61,457 bases of DNA from Phocaeicola dorei (GTDB lineage Bacteria > Bacillota_I > Bacilli_A > RFN20 > CAG-826): the NCBI GenBank assembly GCA_963632375.1, contig CAVGUB010000111.1:81913-143369 (forward strand), in the 5' to 3' direction. Under the pieces are notes generated by a model, which saw only the letters and a program-made list of their open reading frames with translations, did no database searches and had not been told where the DNA came from. Position numbers and translations under genes: made by a program. The number at the start of each line of letters is the position of its first letter. Within the stretch, counting starts at the first letter, position 1. This document shows positions 12,066 to 23,352 of the stretch, piece after piece.

Positions 12066-14534
12066 TTAAGATAAAGTTCAAGAGTCATTAGACTTAACTG
12101 TAACTGTTTTAGTTTCACCTGCCGCAATAAATGTCAATGAATTTGGATCAAATGATATATAAGAAGAAGCAGCTTGCTGTGTAAAGACGATGTCTTTAGT
12201 TGTATATTTATTACCTTCACCTGTTACAGAGTATGTTACAACATATTCACCTCTTTGTGTTACACCTGGATTGGCTGTAATTGTAACAGTATTAGTATCC
12301 TTGTCAAGACTAAATCCTTCACAAATTGTTTTAACAGATCAAGATTTAGATACAGCTGCAGATATATGACGCTGTGCATTCGAAGTATACGTCATCGTTT
12401 GAGCAATTGCAGTATCCATAGTATAATCTTGACCCTCTGGTTTAATTGAGATCGGGGATGTTTGCATAATTGTAACATCACCATATGTAACAATTGCGTT
12501 TGCTGCTTGATAAACAGTATATGTTTTGTTATTTGTTTTAGAGCCTTCACCAGTTGCGGTAACAGTTAATGTGCCTACAGAAGACCTTTCTTTAACAGTT
12601 GTTCCAAGTGAATTAGCGCCTACAGCTGTACCCCACGTTTTTGAAACGATTCCAGCACGAGAAGCACCTGATGTATAAGTAACGGTCTGTGATGCGGAAC
12701 AAGCATTAATCGATGCACGAGAACCACCAGAAGCAGGAAGATCATCATCAGCTTGTGAATAATCACCTGTAATAACAACATCACCATATGTTGCAATATT
12801 TGCAACTTGTGTTGCATGGTCTGATGAAGTTGCGGTTACTTTTAATTCAGCTTGCCCTGCTGATTTTGCAGTTGACATTGGCGTTAATGTAGCTGTAAAA
12901 GTTGCTTGTATTTCGCTAGAATTTCGTGCAGCAGTTACAGTTGTTCCACATGATTCTGAGGTCATTACACCTGTTGTAGTGTTAGCAGTACTAAACCCAT
13001 TTTGAGCAGTTCCAGCAGTATACACAGTTGAACCGACAAGAGTTGCTGGTATGTTTCCTGACTCATCTGTTGGAGGCACCAATGTAGATTTTCCTGAAGT
13101 ATATGTATAAGTTGTTTTAGGTGTAGTCTCAGTTGGAGCTACCGACGTAGAACCGGAAGCAGGAACAGATTTTGAATAACTGATAGAGTAACCACTTAAT
13201 GAAATTCCTGTTATCAAGTTGGCTGATTGATTACAAGTTGCTGTTGTTGACACACTCGCTTTTGGGTGGTTAGTTGAAGTGACAATATTTGTACCAGTTA
13301 AAGATACTTGTAATTTTACAACACAAGATCTACCAGCAGATCACGTTGTTCCCATATCACTTGTAACAACACCTGTGCTTGAATTAACGGACATATTTTC
13401 ATTACCAGATTGCTTTGTAAAGGTGCTATCAAATTCAATCTCAAATCAGCTATACAATACTGGATTAATCTCTGCTGAGCCATTATAATAGTCAACAACA
13501 GAACCTGAATTAAAAGTACACTTAATAACAAACATATCACAATCTGTGTAACTAACATTAGGGGTATTTGTTGTTTCCTTAGCTGTTATATCGGAATAAT
13601 TAAAAACATTTTCTGACTTCTTAATAGAAACATCTAATTTTTGTATTTCGTTTCCAACACGAGTTGGAGTAAAGTCTTTTGTTGCTGTTTTTCCGTTTAA
13701 AGAGACGGTTACGGTATACGTGTCTGCTTTAGAACCAGTCTGTATAAAAGTTGTGCCATCGTTCTTATAAAGAGACATTCCGTCAATATCCAACGCAGTT
13801 GAAGAAGAAGATATTGAAGTAGTAGCCCCACTATCAATTGTGCCTCCACCTGTAGTTGAACCATTTCATCCTCAAGTTTGAGAATAAGCAACTTTCACTG
13901 TTTTCTTTGTACCATCTGAAGGAACAGGATCACAACTAACACTTGAAATCGTAATATCCGAATAAGTTTTTACACCTGTTGCTTGAGTAATGGTAATTTG
14001 TGAAGATGATACAGATGCTGCATTTGAAAGACTCAAAATATGCTTTCTTTCTGAATCAGTCTCGTTTGCAGGAATAGTAAATGTAATTAAAAATCTATAT
14101 TCATGTGTTTCACCTGGTTCACCAGTTACAGCTGTAGAATCTTTACCATCTCAACCCGATACATCAGTTCATGAAATAGTTGAACCACTTTCTTTATCTA
14201 TTTTTAATGTTGCAGTGACACCAGAAATTATAGTTGTAGTTGATGCTAATTTTAAAACACCACAGTTCGTTACACCCTGAACTGTTACTTTACCACCTGT
14301 ATTAACTACACTTTTTGTAGCTTCTCCGGAATTAAGAGTGATGTGCTCTGCTTTACCTACTTGTGTTACAGGAAGATCAGCACTAGCAGATGCGATAGTT
14401 GATGTACCTACAGTTGCACCATGTACACTACCTGTTCTTTTAGTACGACCTGTTAATTCAGATGCGGTAAGTGTAATTTGTTCATTGTTTGATCCCGATT
14501 TTGGGGTCACTGTTAATCATGAAGGAATTGCCAT
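12066..14534 (-). CDS. BACON/Ig-like repeat fibre protein (about 822 aa)
   Basis: ATG 14532-14534. Fragments 14169..14510, 13446..13793 and 12339..13253 share one frame. Hand translation of 13254-13445 and 12066-12338 found only TGA interruptions. TAA at 12066-12068. N-terminus is MAIPSWLTVTPKSGSNNEQITLTASEL. Confidence 0.6.
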
Positions 14535-14535
14535 A

Positions 14536-14688
14536 TTAACTTAATTTTCAATTTGTATTTGATTGAACTTCAACAGTATCTCTCTGTTCAGTTCCATCTG
14601 TATTTATAAAATCAATCTTATCTTTACTAAAATTTATATAATATGATGTTTTATCATAATGCATTAATAAATCTCTAAATACGCTCAT
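14536..14688 (-). CDS. Small hypothetical protein (50 aa)
   Basis: ATG 14686-14688; one TGA; TAA 14536-14538, tightly packed against the next ATG. Confidence 0.4.
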
Positions 14689-14689
14689 A

Positions 14690-15145
14690 TTAAAACTCTC
14701 CTCAAACAACCATATTATTTAATACTGAGACTACATATGTTTTATTTGTGGAAATTGAAGATATTTCTATACCATTACATCATTTCATATTTTCAGAAGC
14801 CAATGTTATACTCAATCCCGAGATATCGTTACCTGTTGTAATATAATAAACAGTTTCTTCCACTTGGGATTTATTTTCTGGAATTTCATATGTCCCCACT
14901 TGAGAAAGATTAATATTGTAAACATTTAATCCATTAAATAATCTTCATTTTCCAGTTTCAGAGTCCTCAGTATTATCTGATTTATATTTATATGTACCAC
15001 CCGTTTCTTTACAATAAGCGATATGTCCGTCATCCAAACTTGTCTCTAGAAATGACTTCATATCAGCCAATGTATCGAAAGAGTCTCTTTCAAAATTTGG
15101 TAATTTTCCTTGATAAGAAAAATTAGAACTTAATAAAATAGCCAT
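14690..15145 (-). CDS. Hypothetical virion protein
   Basis: Track ORF 14945..15145 extended through three TGA to TAA 14690-14692. Its ATG overlaps the upstream TAA as TAATG. Confidence 0.5.
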
Positions 15146-16632
15146 TATCCATAAATTTGTTTAACCGTACCTTTATCTATAGTTGTTGCATCCTGAAGAA
15201 TGTATACATAATATTCTATATCATTTATTGTAATAGTTGTGGAAACATAACTTTGAATACACTCAAAACCATTTGCATCCTTGATATAAGTAAGCGCTCC
15301 ATAACTTTTAGGATACGCATATAGGTATTTTTTATCAACAAAAAGATCAATTTCTTTTGTAAAAGATCTTGAAGTTTGAACATTATTTGGAGATGCAACA
15401 CCTAACGCTACAATTTGATCAGCTGTTATATTTTCTACGGTAATATTTGAATCAACCAAACCAAAATAACAATAATCGTAAAAACACACGGAAGCGGTGC
15501 CGTTAAAATCTTTCCCATCTTTAGTGGCTTTAACTTCGTATTTAGTATTCGCAGCCACACTGCTAAAACTTGTACTTGAAGAAGTACGGTCTACCTCTTT
15601 TCCATTAACAGTAATTGTATCTGGATAATCAGAAGCATCACCCTTTTTAAATTTCCAATCAACATTCACTATCTGAATTGGAGCATCTGCTTTATAACGG
15701 ATTGCTCCGCCAGTTACTTCAAATGAATAAGGAAATACTTTATCCATTAATTGATTTAACAATGGAGTTAAAACCTTGTTTTGAACAGGGTTTTCAGAAT
15801 TTTCATCTAATTCAGAATCAACACTTCCACTAACCTGAATTTCAATATTACCTTCTCCAAGAATAGTTTCGCCATTAACGGTTTTTATGTTAGTACCACT
15901 AACAAGTGTATTTTGTTTTTGGTTTACAGCTTCATCTAATTGAGTTTTGGTTTGATATTCGCTATCATTTTCTAACTTAGAAACTTTTGTAGGTATTTCA
16001 GTTTTATCAGCTTTATTAGAAAGCTTATTTGTTAAATCACTATTTGTAACGTAATCACCTTTCTCTTGAATACCTAGATCAGAGAGCGATTTGTTACCTG
16101 TTAATTCAACATTATTTATACTAGGTTTGTTAGTTAATTCAGAATAATCTTTTGTTCCCGAATCAATAACAATATCAGTTCCATTTAAAAGACTCTGACC
16201 GTTTATAGTGGAAATATTTTTTCCACTTTTAAGGGTGTCTTGTTTTGTTTCTAATTGTGAACCAACTTCGTCTTTAGTATAATAATTTTCTAAAGATTTT
16301 TCAATTGATTCATTTATTTTATTTATTACGTCTCCAAGTGTAGTATATTCCCCTTTTTCTTGAATATTTAAATCATCTAAACTAAGATTTCCTTGAAGAG
16401 TTTTATTGTTAATAGAGGGTTTGTTTTCTAATTCTAAATAATCACTAGTTCCAGATTGTGTAAATCACGGTAATTCTGAAAATTTAGAAGATCCGTTACC
16501 AATTTTTAATTTGGTATATTTTTTTGGATCATTTGAATCAGTAACTAACCCTATTTCACCATCTGCAAGTATTGGGTCATACTTTTCCCAATTTGCAAGT
16601 AAATCACGTTTTAGTTGGATTTTATATGCCAT
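15145..16632 (-). CDS. Tail fibre protein
   Basis: ATG 16630-16632. N-terminus MAYKIQLKRDLLANWEKYDPILADGEIGLVTDS...KIGNG...FSELPW resembles the common phage fibre N-terminal module. Repeated NKPSINN and NPVQNKV motifs. One TGA. Joins track ORF 15145..15762. Confidence 0.65.
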
Positions 16633-16642
16633 AATAATAAAG

Positions 16643-17527
16643 TTAGTCTCCTGCTCCTCCTCCGTCTATGAGAAGATTTGAAATAAGATCAAATGTTTCA
16701 TTAATTGCCCCAATAATTTCTTTTGATTCAGTTTTTAAATCACCTGAAGCAGATGCCTGTTTTTCTTGTAAGGCTTGTGTTATTATTTTGTTTTGTACTG
16801 GGTTAGTAGAAGTTAAAGATAATTCCGAATCAATTGTAATAGGAGTCCCACCTGATACAATAATATCAACTGTTTTATCAATTACAGATAATGTTTCTCC
16901 ATTTACTTTGATTATTTCAATAACATTTTCTTGTGCGTTATTTTCAATTTTACTAAGTTTTTCTTTATCCTCTGTAGTATAATCCTCTGTAGATAAGCCT
17001 TTTCCATCAATTTTATCTACTTTAGATTTTTCCAATTTCAAAATGTCTAAACCTGTAGCAAGCTTTTCAAGTTGATTTTTACCAAGAACAACATATTCTT
17101 CTTTTGAATTTTCTACAAAGATTAATTCACCTTTGTTTGAATTAGTGGCAAGTGCCAATGCTTTTGCATAATTCTCAACAACATTAGTACCTTGCCCTTT
17201 ATCACCTTTAATTGTACCACATATAAAAATTCAATAATCATTTGGCTCAATGTCTACAACACTTCCAGAATCATTGTATTTTAAATGTGGTTGATTATAA
17301 GCAGCATCTAATTCAGAACTAAAAGAAGAAACATGGCTTTGTTTACATGCAAGTAATGCTGATCCTTTCATCTCCCCAAATGAATCTAAATCATAATAAA
17401 CTACAAAAGAATTTATAAAAGCATCGTTAAAATAACGAACTCCGGTTTTTCATTCACCAGCAAAGTCAAACGACTTTCCTTTATAAAATTCTTCAGATTT
17501 AATTGCATTTGAACAGGAATTGATCAT
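16643..17527 (-). CDS. Tail fibre-like protein
   Basis: ATG 17525-17527. Two TGA upstream of track ORF 16643..17158. Shares the TNPVQNKIIT motif with the neighbouring fibre gene. Confidence 0.6.
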
Positions 17528-17545
17528 ATAATTATATATTTTTAA

Positions 17546-17571
17546 TAGGTAGGCTCAAAAGAACCTACCTA
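17546..17571 (-). terminator. Hairpin terminator
   Basis: TAGGTAGG ctcaaaagaa CCTACCTA, immediately downstream of the 17582 stop. Confidence 0.5.
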
Positions 17572-17581
17572 ATTATTTATT

Positions 17582-19528
17582 TTAAAATTCAAGTCAAGCT
17601 AAATCAGTTTGTCTTACAACTGTACTATCAACACTAAAAGTTCCATCGTCAGCAAGAGCAAGACCATCACCAGCTTTGTAAGTATCAACTAAATCAGATA
17701 GATCAACTTTAATTGGTTCTGCACCAGCATCAGTGTTAAATGTCAAAGTTAAGATATGACTACTTGCAGAATATTCTGCTGACTTAAGCATACCGTCTTT
17801 GATAAAGTTTGTTGCATCAATTGAACTGATTGCCTTGTCTGAACTTGAAGAATCCTTACCATAGAGATAAATCTTCTTATCAGTAGAGTTGTAAGAAAGG
17901 CTCAATGTAGAAAGAAGCCCGCTTTCACTTTGTGAAAGAATTTTGTCATTCGTATCAATATTGAGACCAATAGCATGGTTGTTAACATTGATAGCGTTAG
18001 AACCTGTATATGCAACTTCTTTGGCAGAAAGGCCGTCAGATTCAAGTGTAAGAAGCCCGGGGGTTGAAGAAATGTTAACTTTAGCTGTGGTGCCCGTAGA
18101 TGTTTCAGAAACTGTAAGAGATTTATCAGCTGCAGTTACTTTATTTGCGACAACATCGCTATTTTTTGCTAATTGATATGATGACTCAGATTCTACTATA
18201 GCGGATCCATCTGATGACTGTATGTATACTGTAACGAAAAATGGTAATGATTGCCTGGTATTATAACTGTCTTCACTATAACATATGAGTGCAACATAAT
18301 TACTGATCGTATATATCGAAGATACATATGCTATATTCCTTAAGTTAGTTGAGATTGCATCCGCGTTTTTAATTACAATTGAAGGTATTTTATTGGAATT
18401 AATAAATTCAACTAATTTTGAATATGTACCAGTAGGGACACCTGTATCAGTATACTCAATTACATACGTACCGTTTATAGCATCAACCGCATCATCTACG
18501 TAAGCTTTATCAGCTAATTGGTTTGTAGAACTAGCTTCTGTAGGGATTTTTCCTTCTACTTTGGTAAGTCTAGTATCTAAACCACTTTCTACACCTTTGG
18601 CTCTATCAACCTCAGTAGAGATTGCTGTAGCGTTAGTTTCCTCAGCTTTCTTAGCTCTGGTAATTTCTGCTGTAAGATCATCAGCAGAAGCAATATCACT
18701 TTCTGCAACGGTTACTTCAGAATATGCAACACCTTCTGCCGTAGTTTTTTCTTCAACAGAAACTGTTACATGTCCATCTGCTTTTGCATTAACTTTAGTA
18801 TGTGCTGCAGAAGCTTTAGCGTCAACCTCTTGAATCTTATCCTCGAGTTTGCCCAATGTATTATATTCAGTTGCTGCATCACCAAGCAAATCAGATTTTG
18901 CATCAGCAACTGCTTTAGCAACTGAACCCGCTGTAGATGAATCGCCATTTAATACAGAAATTGCATCTGCGTTAACTTTCTCAGCAGCTTTTGCCCTTGT
19001 TGCTTCTGCATCAACTGCATTTGAGATAGCAGTTTTAACACCTGTTAGTTTTATACCATCTGCATCAGAAGTAAGGAAACCATCTGCGTCTGTTACAGGT
19101 ACAGATATTGTCCATTCACCATCGTTGTTATCGAGCTTAATTCCATTACCTGCAACAAGATTTTTAACTTTAAGAGCATCAATAAGCCCCTTAAGAGCTT
19201 TACCTTGTGCAGCAGAAAGAGCCGCTTCTGTTGAATCCGATGTAAGATTGTCTACAATCTCTGTCTGTTTGATATCAGATGAATTTTCAGAACCATCTGC
19301 GTAAGTAACTTTAAGTTTTGTACCATTATCAGTTAACTCAACTGATGCAACAACTCCTTTACCACCAACTGCGGCAAAGAGTTGTGTAAGAGCATCTTCT
19401 ACAGATGCTTTATCTTCACTTTTTGCGCCTAAATATTTAACCGCATTTGCTTCAAGCAAAAATTTATCAGCTGTACTTGCACCAAGATGTAGTGGAAGTA
19501 ACTGTTTTCCTTCTAATTCACTAGCCAT
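17582..19528 (-). CDS. Ala/Thr/Ser/Asp-rich fibrous protein (about 648 aa)
   Basis: Track ORF 17594..19528. Its TGA (17594-17596) is followed by three codons and TAA 17582-17584. GGAGGT lies 8 nt upstream of the ATG. Confidence 0.7.
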
Positions 19529-19546
19529 ATATTATTACCTCCATTT

Positions 19547-20497
19547 TTACTTTATTGTGAAACTTTGTTCTCCTGCACCAAGTTTTGCAGCTGAACGATA
19601 TACCTTATAAGAACCGTAATTTGTACGTGTTATATTTGTTGGTGTTTTTGATTGAAGAATTGAAACATTCATAGCTTGTACATCCGAAATAGAAGACGTA
19701 TTTGAAATTACGAAATACAAATATCCATCTGCAGACATAGTATATTTCTTGTCACCTGCCAATGAATTACTCGTGCTAATTTTGGCAGAAGTAGAATCAA
19801 CCAATGCATCAAGATCTGTACTTGAAAGTGATTCTGCAGTAGACTCAATATAGAATGAATATTTTGTATTGTTTGAATAAGCTGCACTAGCTGTTTTTGA
19901 ATTACCATTGTATTTACAACTTACACTGCCTGAGTTAATAGAGCTACCACTTGTTGAGGTGATTTCCCCACTCTTTGTATAAGTACCAACTGCTGTTTTA
20001 GTCCAACCAGAAGGAACCTCATCAAGATCTACAAGAGAACCATCATATTTTGCAGTTAATGTAAAAGTAACAGCAATGCTACTACCACTGAAAACACTTG
20101 ATGATGGATTAGCGCTAATTGCTACTACAAACAATTTTTCAAATAATTGATCCTCAATCCATTTTTTCTCTGCATCAGAAAGAGAATTCTTTACAGATAA
20201 TTTTTTATCTGAATCAATTTCCAATGTATCATCGTAAGATACTGCAATATTTGTATTAGAAACAGATATACCATCACCACCAACATAAGGATTAATTGCA
20301 ACCTCCTTGCCATCAGCTTTGATGATTTTTACCGTTCCATCTGTAGAAACACTTGCATCGACAACTCCACCGTATATTTCAACACCAGAGTCAGTTTTTA
20401 CTTTAACGCAATGTTCTGTTGTGTCAAACCAGATACCACCAACCGCAAAATTTGTAGGCTCGGTGGCACCGTGATAAAATTTATAAGAAACTGCCAT
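19547..20497 (-). CDS. Tail fibre / receptor-binding protein with a shared N-terminal module
   Basis: Intact 316-aa ORF with a TAA stop. N-terminus MAVSYKFYHG...VKVKTDSGVEIYGG parallels the N-terminus of 38654..40666. Confidence 0.6.
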   Translation of the reverse strand: MAVSYKFYHGATEPTNFAVGGIWFDTTEHCVKVKTDSGVEIYGGVVDASVSTDGTVKIIKADGKEVAINPYVGGDGISVSNTNIAVSYDDTLEIDSDKKLSVKNSLSDAEKKWIEDQLFEKLFVVAISANPSSSVFSGSSIAVTFTLTAKYDGSLVDLDEVPSGWTKTAVGTYTKSGEITSTSGSSINSGSVSCKYNGNSKTASAAYSNNTKYSFYIESTAESLSSTDLDALVDSTSAKISTSNSLAGDKKYTMSADGYLYFVISNTSSISDVQAMNVSILQSKTPTNITRTNYGSYKVYRSAAKLGAGEQSFTIK

Positions 20498-20500
20498 TTT

Positions 20501-21292
20501 TTATTTTTTATTTATTGTTGTAAAAACAGAAATCCTAGATTTAGTTATAGGTTTTTCTGTATTAAAATCTGTTCAATTATTTTTTACTTCATCACTTTTT
20601 CAAACAATCAAAGATGAATCTGGATCACTACCAGCCTCAACCCACTCATTATATGTATCTCTGCTGGTAAAGCAATAATAATCATTGGCGAGTGGATTTG
20701 AGTAAATAAACCCAATTCAAGGTTTACTTATTTCATCAATTTTTTTAGATAGACTATCAACAGTTTTAGCAATATATTGTGTTTGCTTTTTTACAACATC
20801 AATATTTTGTGTATTACTAACAACTGTTTTAGAAATTTCCTCCGTTACACCTTCTAAAGAAGTTATGTTGGTTTGTATTGTTTTGATTTGTTCTTGAATT
20901 TCTGTTACAGCTTTTTCAAGTTGGTCAACTTCAGGTGTACTATTAATACCATATAATACAATATCCCAATACGTATTTTTTACAGATATCGGTTTTCCAG
21001 TACTATCTGTTTCAATAATTGGTTTTAAATCAGAGGAAGAAGTATGTGATTTATTACATACTAAAAAAGTATTTTCAAAACTTATGAATGATAGTCTATA
21101 TTCGTCTGCATAATATTTTTTACCCTCAGCCCATGGCCCAAGATATTCAAATATTTGACCTTGATAAGAAGTTTTACAGCAAGATTTTGCATTTGTGCAA
21201 GAAGCCTTTACGAATTCACTGATTACAGCTTTACTTGCACTACAACTCTCTGATGGCGCAGTATTAGTTTTAAAATTATCTATTGTTGCCAT
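20501..21292 (-). CDS. Hypothetical virion protein
   Basis: ATG 21290-21292 follows the upstream TAA. Track ORF 20717..21346 extended through three TGA to TAA 20501-20503. Confidence 0.55.
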
Positions 21293-21293
21293 A

Positions 21294-21449
21294 TTATAAA
21301 TAATTTTCTTGCAATTCAAGAATATCTTCTTGATTGCAAATATCATGTGCTATCAAATCTAATATAAACTGTATTCTATCATCATTTAAAGCGTGGCCAA
21401 TCATTAAATCAGCTAATTCTGCATTAAAAGTATTGTAAATTTTATCCAT
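21294..21449 (-). CDS. Small hypothetical protein (51 aa)
   Basis: ATG 21447-21449 overlaps the end of the upstream gene. TAA at 21294-21296. Confidence 0.4.
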   Translation of the reverse strand: MDKIYNTFNAELADLMIGHALNDDRIQFILDLIAHDICNQEDILELQENYL

Positions 21450-22155
21450 GTTTTCCACAATTACACCCTCCTGAAATAGCTTTAGTAATGACATCTTTAG
21501 GACATAAAAATTGATCGCAAGAATTCAAAATACTTAATAGTCTGTCAACTTCGTCATAATCATTTAAACAACGTAAATATTCTAAGATATATTTTGATAT
21601 TAAAGTTAAATAACTTTTAACATCTACTTCTCAATTCTCTTTACAAGAACCTAAACACCCGTTGTCTAAAAAATTATTTAAAAATTCCAATTGTCTAGCT
21701 ATATAGCATTTGCTAAATAAACATAAACAATAATGTTCGATAGAACCATAATCACAATATTCTGTTTCTTGTGCTTTTTCCCATATAACAGTAGTGTCGT
21801 TCAATGCTTCAGAATTTTCTAAAACTGTTTCTAAAGTTGAATCGATACAATCTTCTGTCACAAGATAAAACTCATTATCATAAAAAAATACCGCATTTAT
21901 TGGAATTGTATATAAAGCTGTTGTAGAATTCAAAAATCAATCAAGAATATGACACACTACTATATAGTATTTATGTAACCCATCTTCTTGTATCTCATAT
22001 TTGAATTTCTCAGAGTTTATTTCTCCTTTTAAAACTTCGTCATTTTTAGTAATCCACTCTATATATGCGATATTCTCTTGTCCTAATATCTGACTTTCAA
22101 ATGAAAGAACACATTCTTTATTTTCTATAATTTGGATATCTTTTATTTCACTCAT
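21442..22155 (-). CDS. Cys-rich hypothetical protein (237 aa)
   Basis: Track ORFs 21937..22155 and 21631..21933 are joined by TGA 21937-21939, then extended through TGA 21631-21633 to TAA 21442-21444. Confidence 0.55.
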
Positions 22156-22167
22156 TATATTACAATA

Positions 22168-22215
22168 AAAAATTTGTTGTATATCTACTTTTTAGCAAAT
22201 ATACAACAAATTTTT
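22168..22215 (-). terminator. Long AT-rich hairpin
   Basis: AAATTTGTTGTATAT ... ATATACAACAAATTT (15-bp arms), between the 22231 stop and the next start. Confidence 0.5.
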
Positions 22216-22230
22216 CAATATACCTAATTA

Positions 22231-22524
22231 AGATTCTTTTTCTTCGAGTTTTTTTATACGCTCTATTGCATCAGCTAATTCTGTTTCTAATGCAAGAATT
22301 TTCTCATTAGCGGAAGCTAAATTAACTTGCAAATCCTTAATTCCTGTAACAGAAGCAATTCCTTCTTCATCAACAATAGATTCTCCGTCTTGAAGAACAT
22401 CTTTAATAACAATTTCTGGGAACTTATTTATCTCAGCCTCAATTGCTTTAAATAAAGCATTTCATTCTTCAGCAGAAAGCGTATCTTTTGGGGCTTTTGA
22501 AGTTCATTCACTTAGATCAATCAT
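22231..22524 (-). CDS. Small coiled-coil protein (97 aa)
   Basis: ATG 22522-22524; two TGA near the N-terminus; TAA 22231-22233. Confidence 0.5.
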
Positions 22525-22527
22525 TTC

Positions 22528-23352
22528 TTAAAACAATTTAATAGGGAACATATCCCCAAATACTCAATAATCTCTTATTAAATCATCTCCTTTTATAGGA
22601 TTTAAATATTTAATCCCTTCAAATTTAATCTTTGAAGTACATTCGCATTTACTGTTGTCAGAATCCCTAAGAAACAAACCAAGACACTCGGAACTTTCAA
22701 GAGCATCTAAAAGCTCAGATGCTTCTCTGTGCTGGTAACTAGAGGTATATTCACGTATCAACAATAAAGCAGAAAGTAATACATTACGTTTATATTGAAG
22801 TTCTTTGTCAACTTTATGATTTTGCTTTTTAGAATCCTCATATGTTTGTTCAGCCTCAACAAATGCTTTCTTCAAAAGCTCATAAGAAAAAACGTAATAT
22901 TTTACATATACTGCATCATTGTTTCCTTCAACTCAAGCTCCAGAGTCCAATAAATTAAACAAGTCTTTTATTGCTACTTCATTACACTTAGATAAATCAA
23001 TTATGTCTAGATTTTCAGTATTATAATACACTTTCTGTTTATAATAGAAGAAAGAATATTTTTCTAACTTACCATCTAATACATATTTCTTTATCCTAGG
23101 AATTAAGATTCTATAAAAAGCATGCATTCCGTCTTCAGGAAGAGCAAATGATGCTTCTTTCAAATCATTTTCTGAAGTAATGTTTTCAATAATAGAAACA
23201 TTGCTTAATTGATCATCTTTTAAAATACAGTCAATGCAAACATAATTTGTTAAATCTAAATCTCTATATTCTTCTAAAACGTCCTCAACAATAAGATTGC
23301 CACCTTTAAATGAGAACTCCAGTGCAGGTTTATTATTAACAGAAGCTATCAT
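22528..23352 (-). CDS. Hypothetical protein (274 aa)
   Basis: Track ORFs 22933..23352 and 22564..22875 share one frame and are joined across TGA codons. TAA at 22528-22530. Its ATG overlaps the portal TAA. Confidence 0.55.

Noticed and set aside
13990-19304. Plus-strand ORFs inside fibre genes (13990..14280, 14338..14544, 16668..16982, 17943..18176, 18561..18833, 18849..19304), plus the off-frame minus-strand ORFs 4482..4664, 4887..5087, 12620..12817 and 13316..13558
   Set aside because: They overlap long, compositionally biased (Ala/Thr/Ser-rich) minus-strand genes and have low-complexity or implausible sequences. They are typical shadow frames.
19529-19546. Canonical Shine-Dalgarno (GGAGGT 8 nt before ATG 19528) as evidence for a Firmicutes-type host
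   Set aside because: It is nearly the only strong SD I saw. The capsid, terminase, portal and most other starts lack one, so a single occurrence is not informative.
9822-20497. Diversity-generating retroelement targeting the fibre genes
   Set aside because: No reverse transcriptase ORF is present, and I found no template/variable repeat pair with A-specific mismatches in the window.
21442-23352. Possible paralogy between 21442..22155 and 22528..23352
   Set aside because: They share only short patterns (EDG-L/M-H..Y, FFY, Cys-rich C-terminal parts). That is too weak to claim without a proper alignment.
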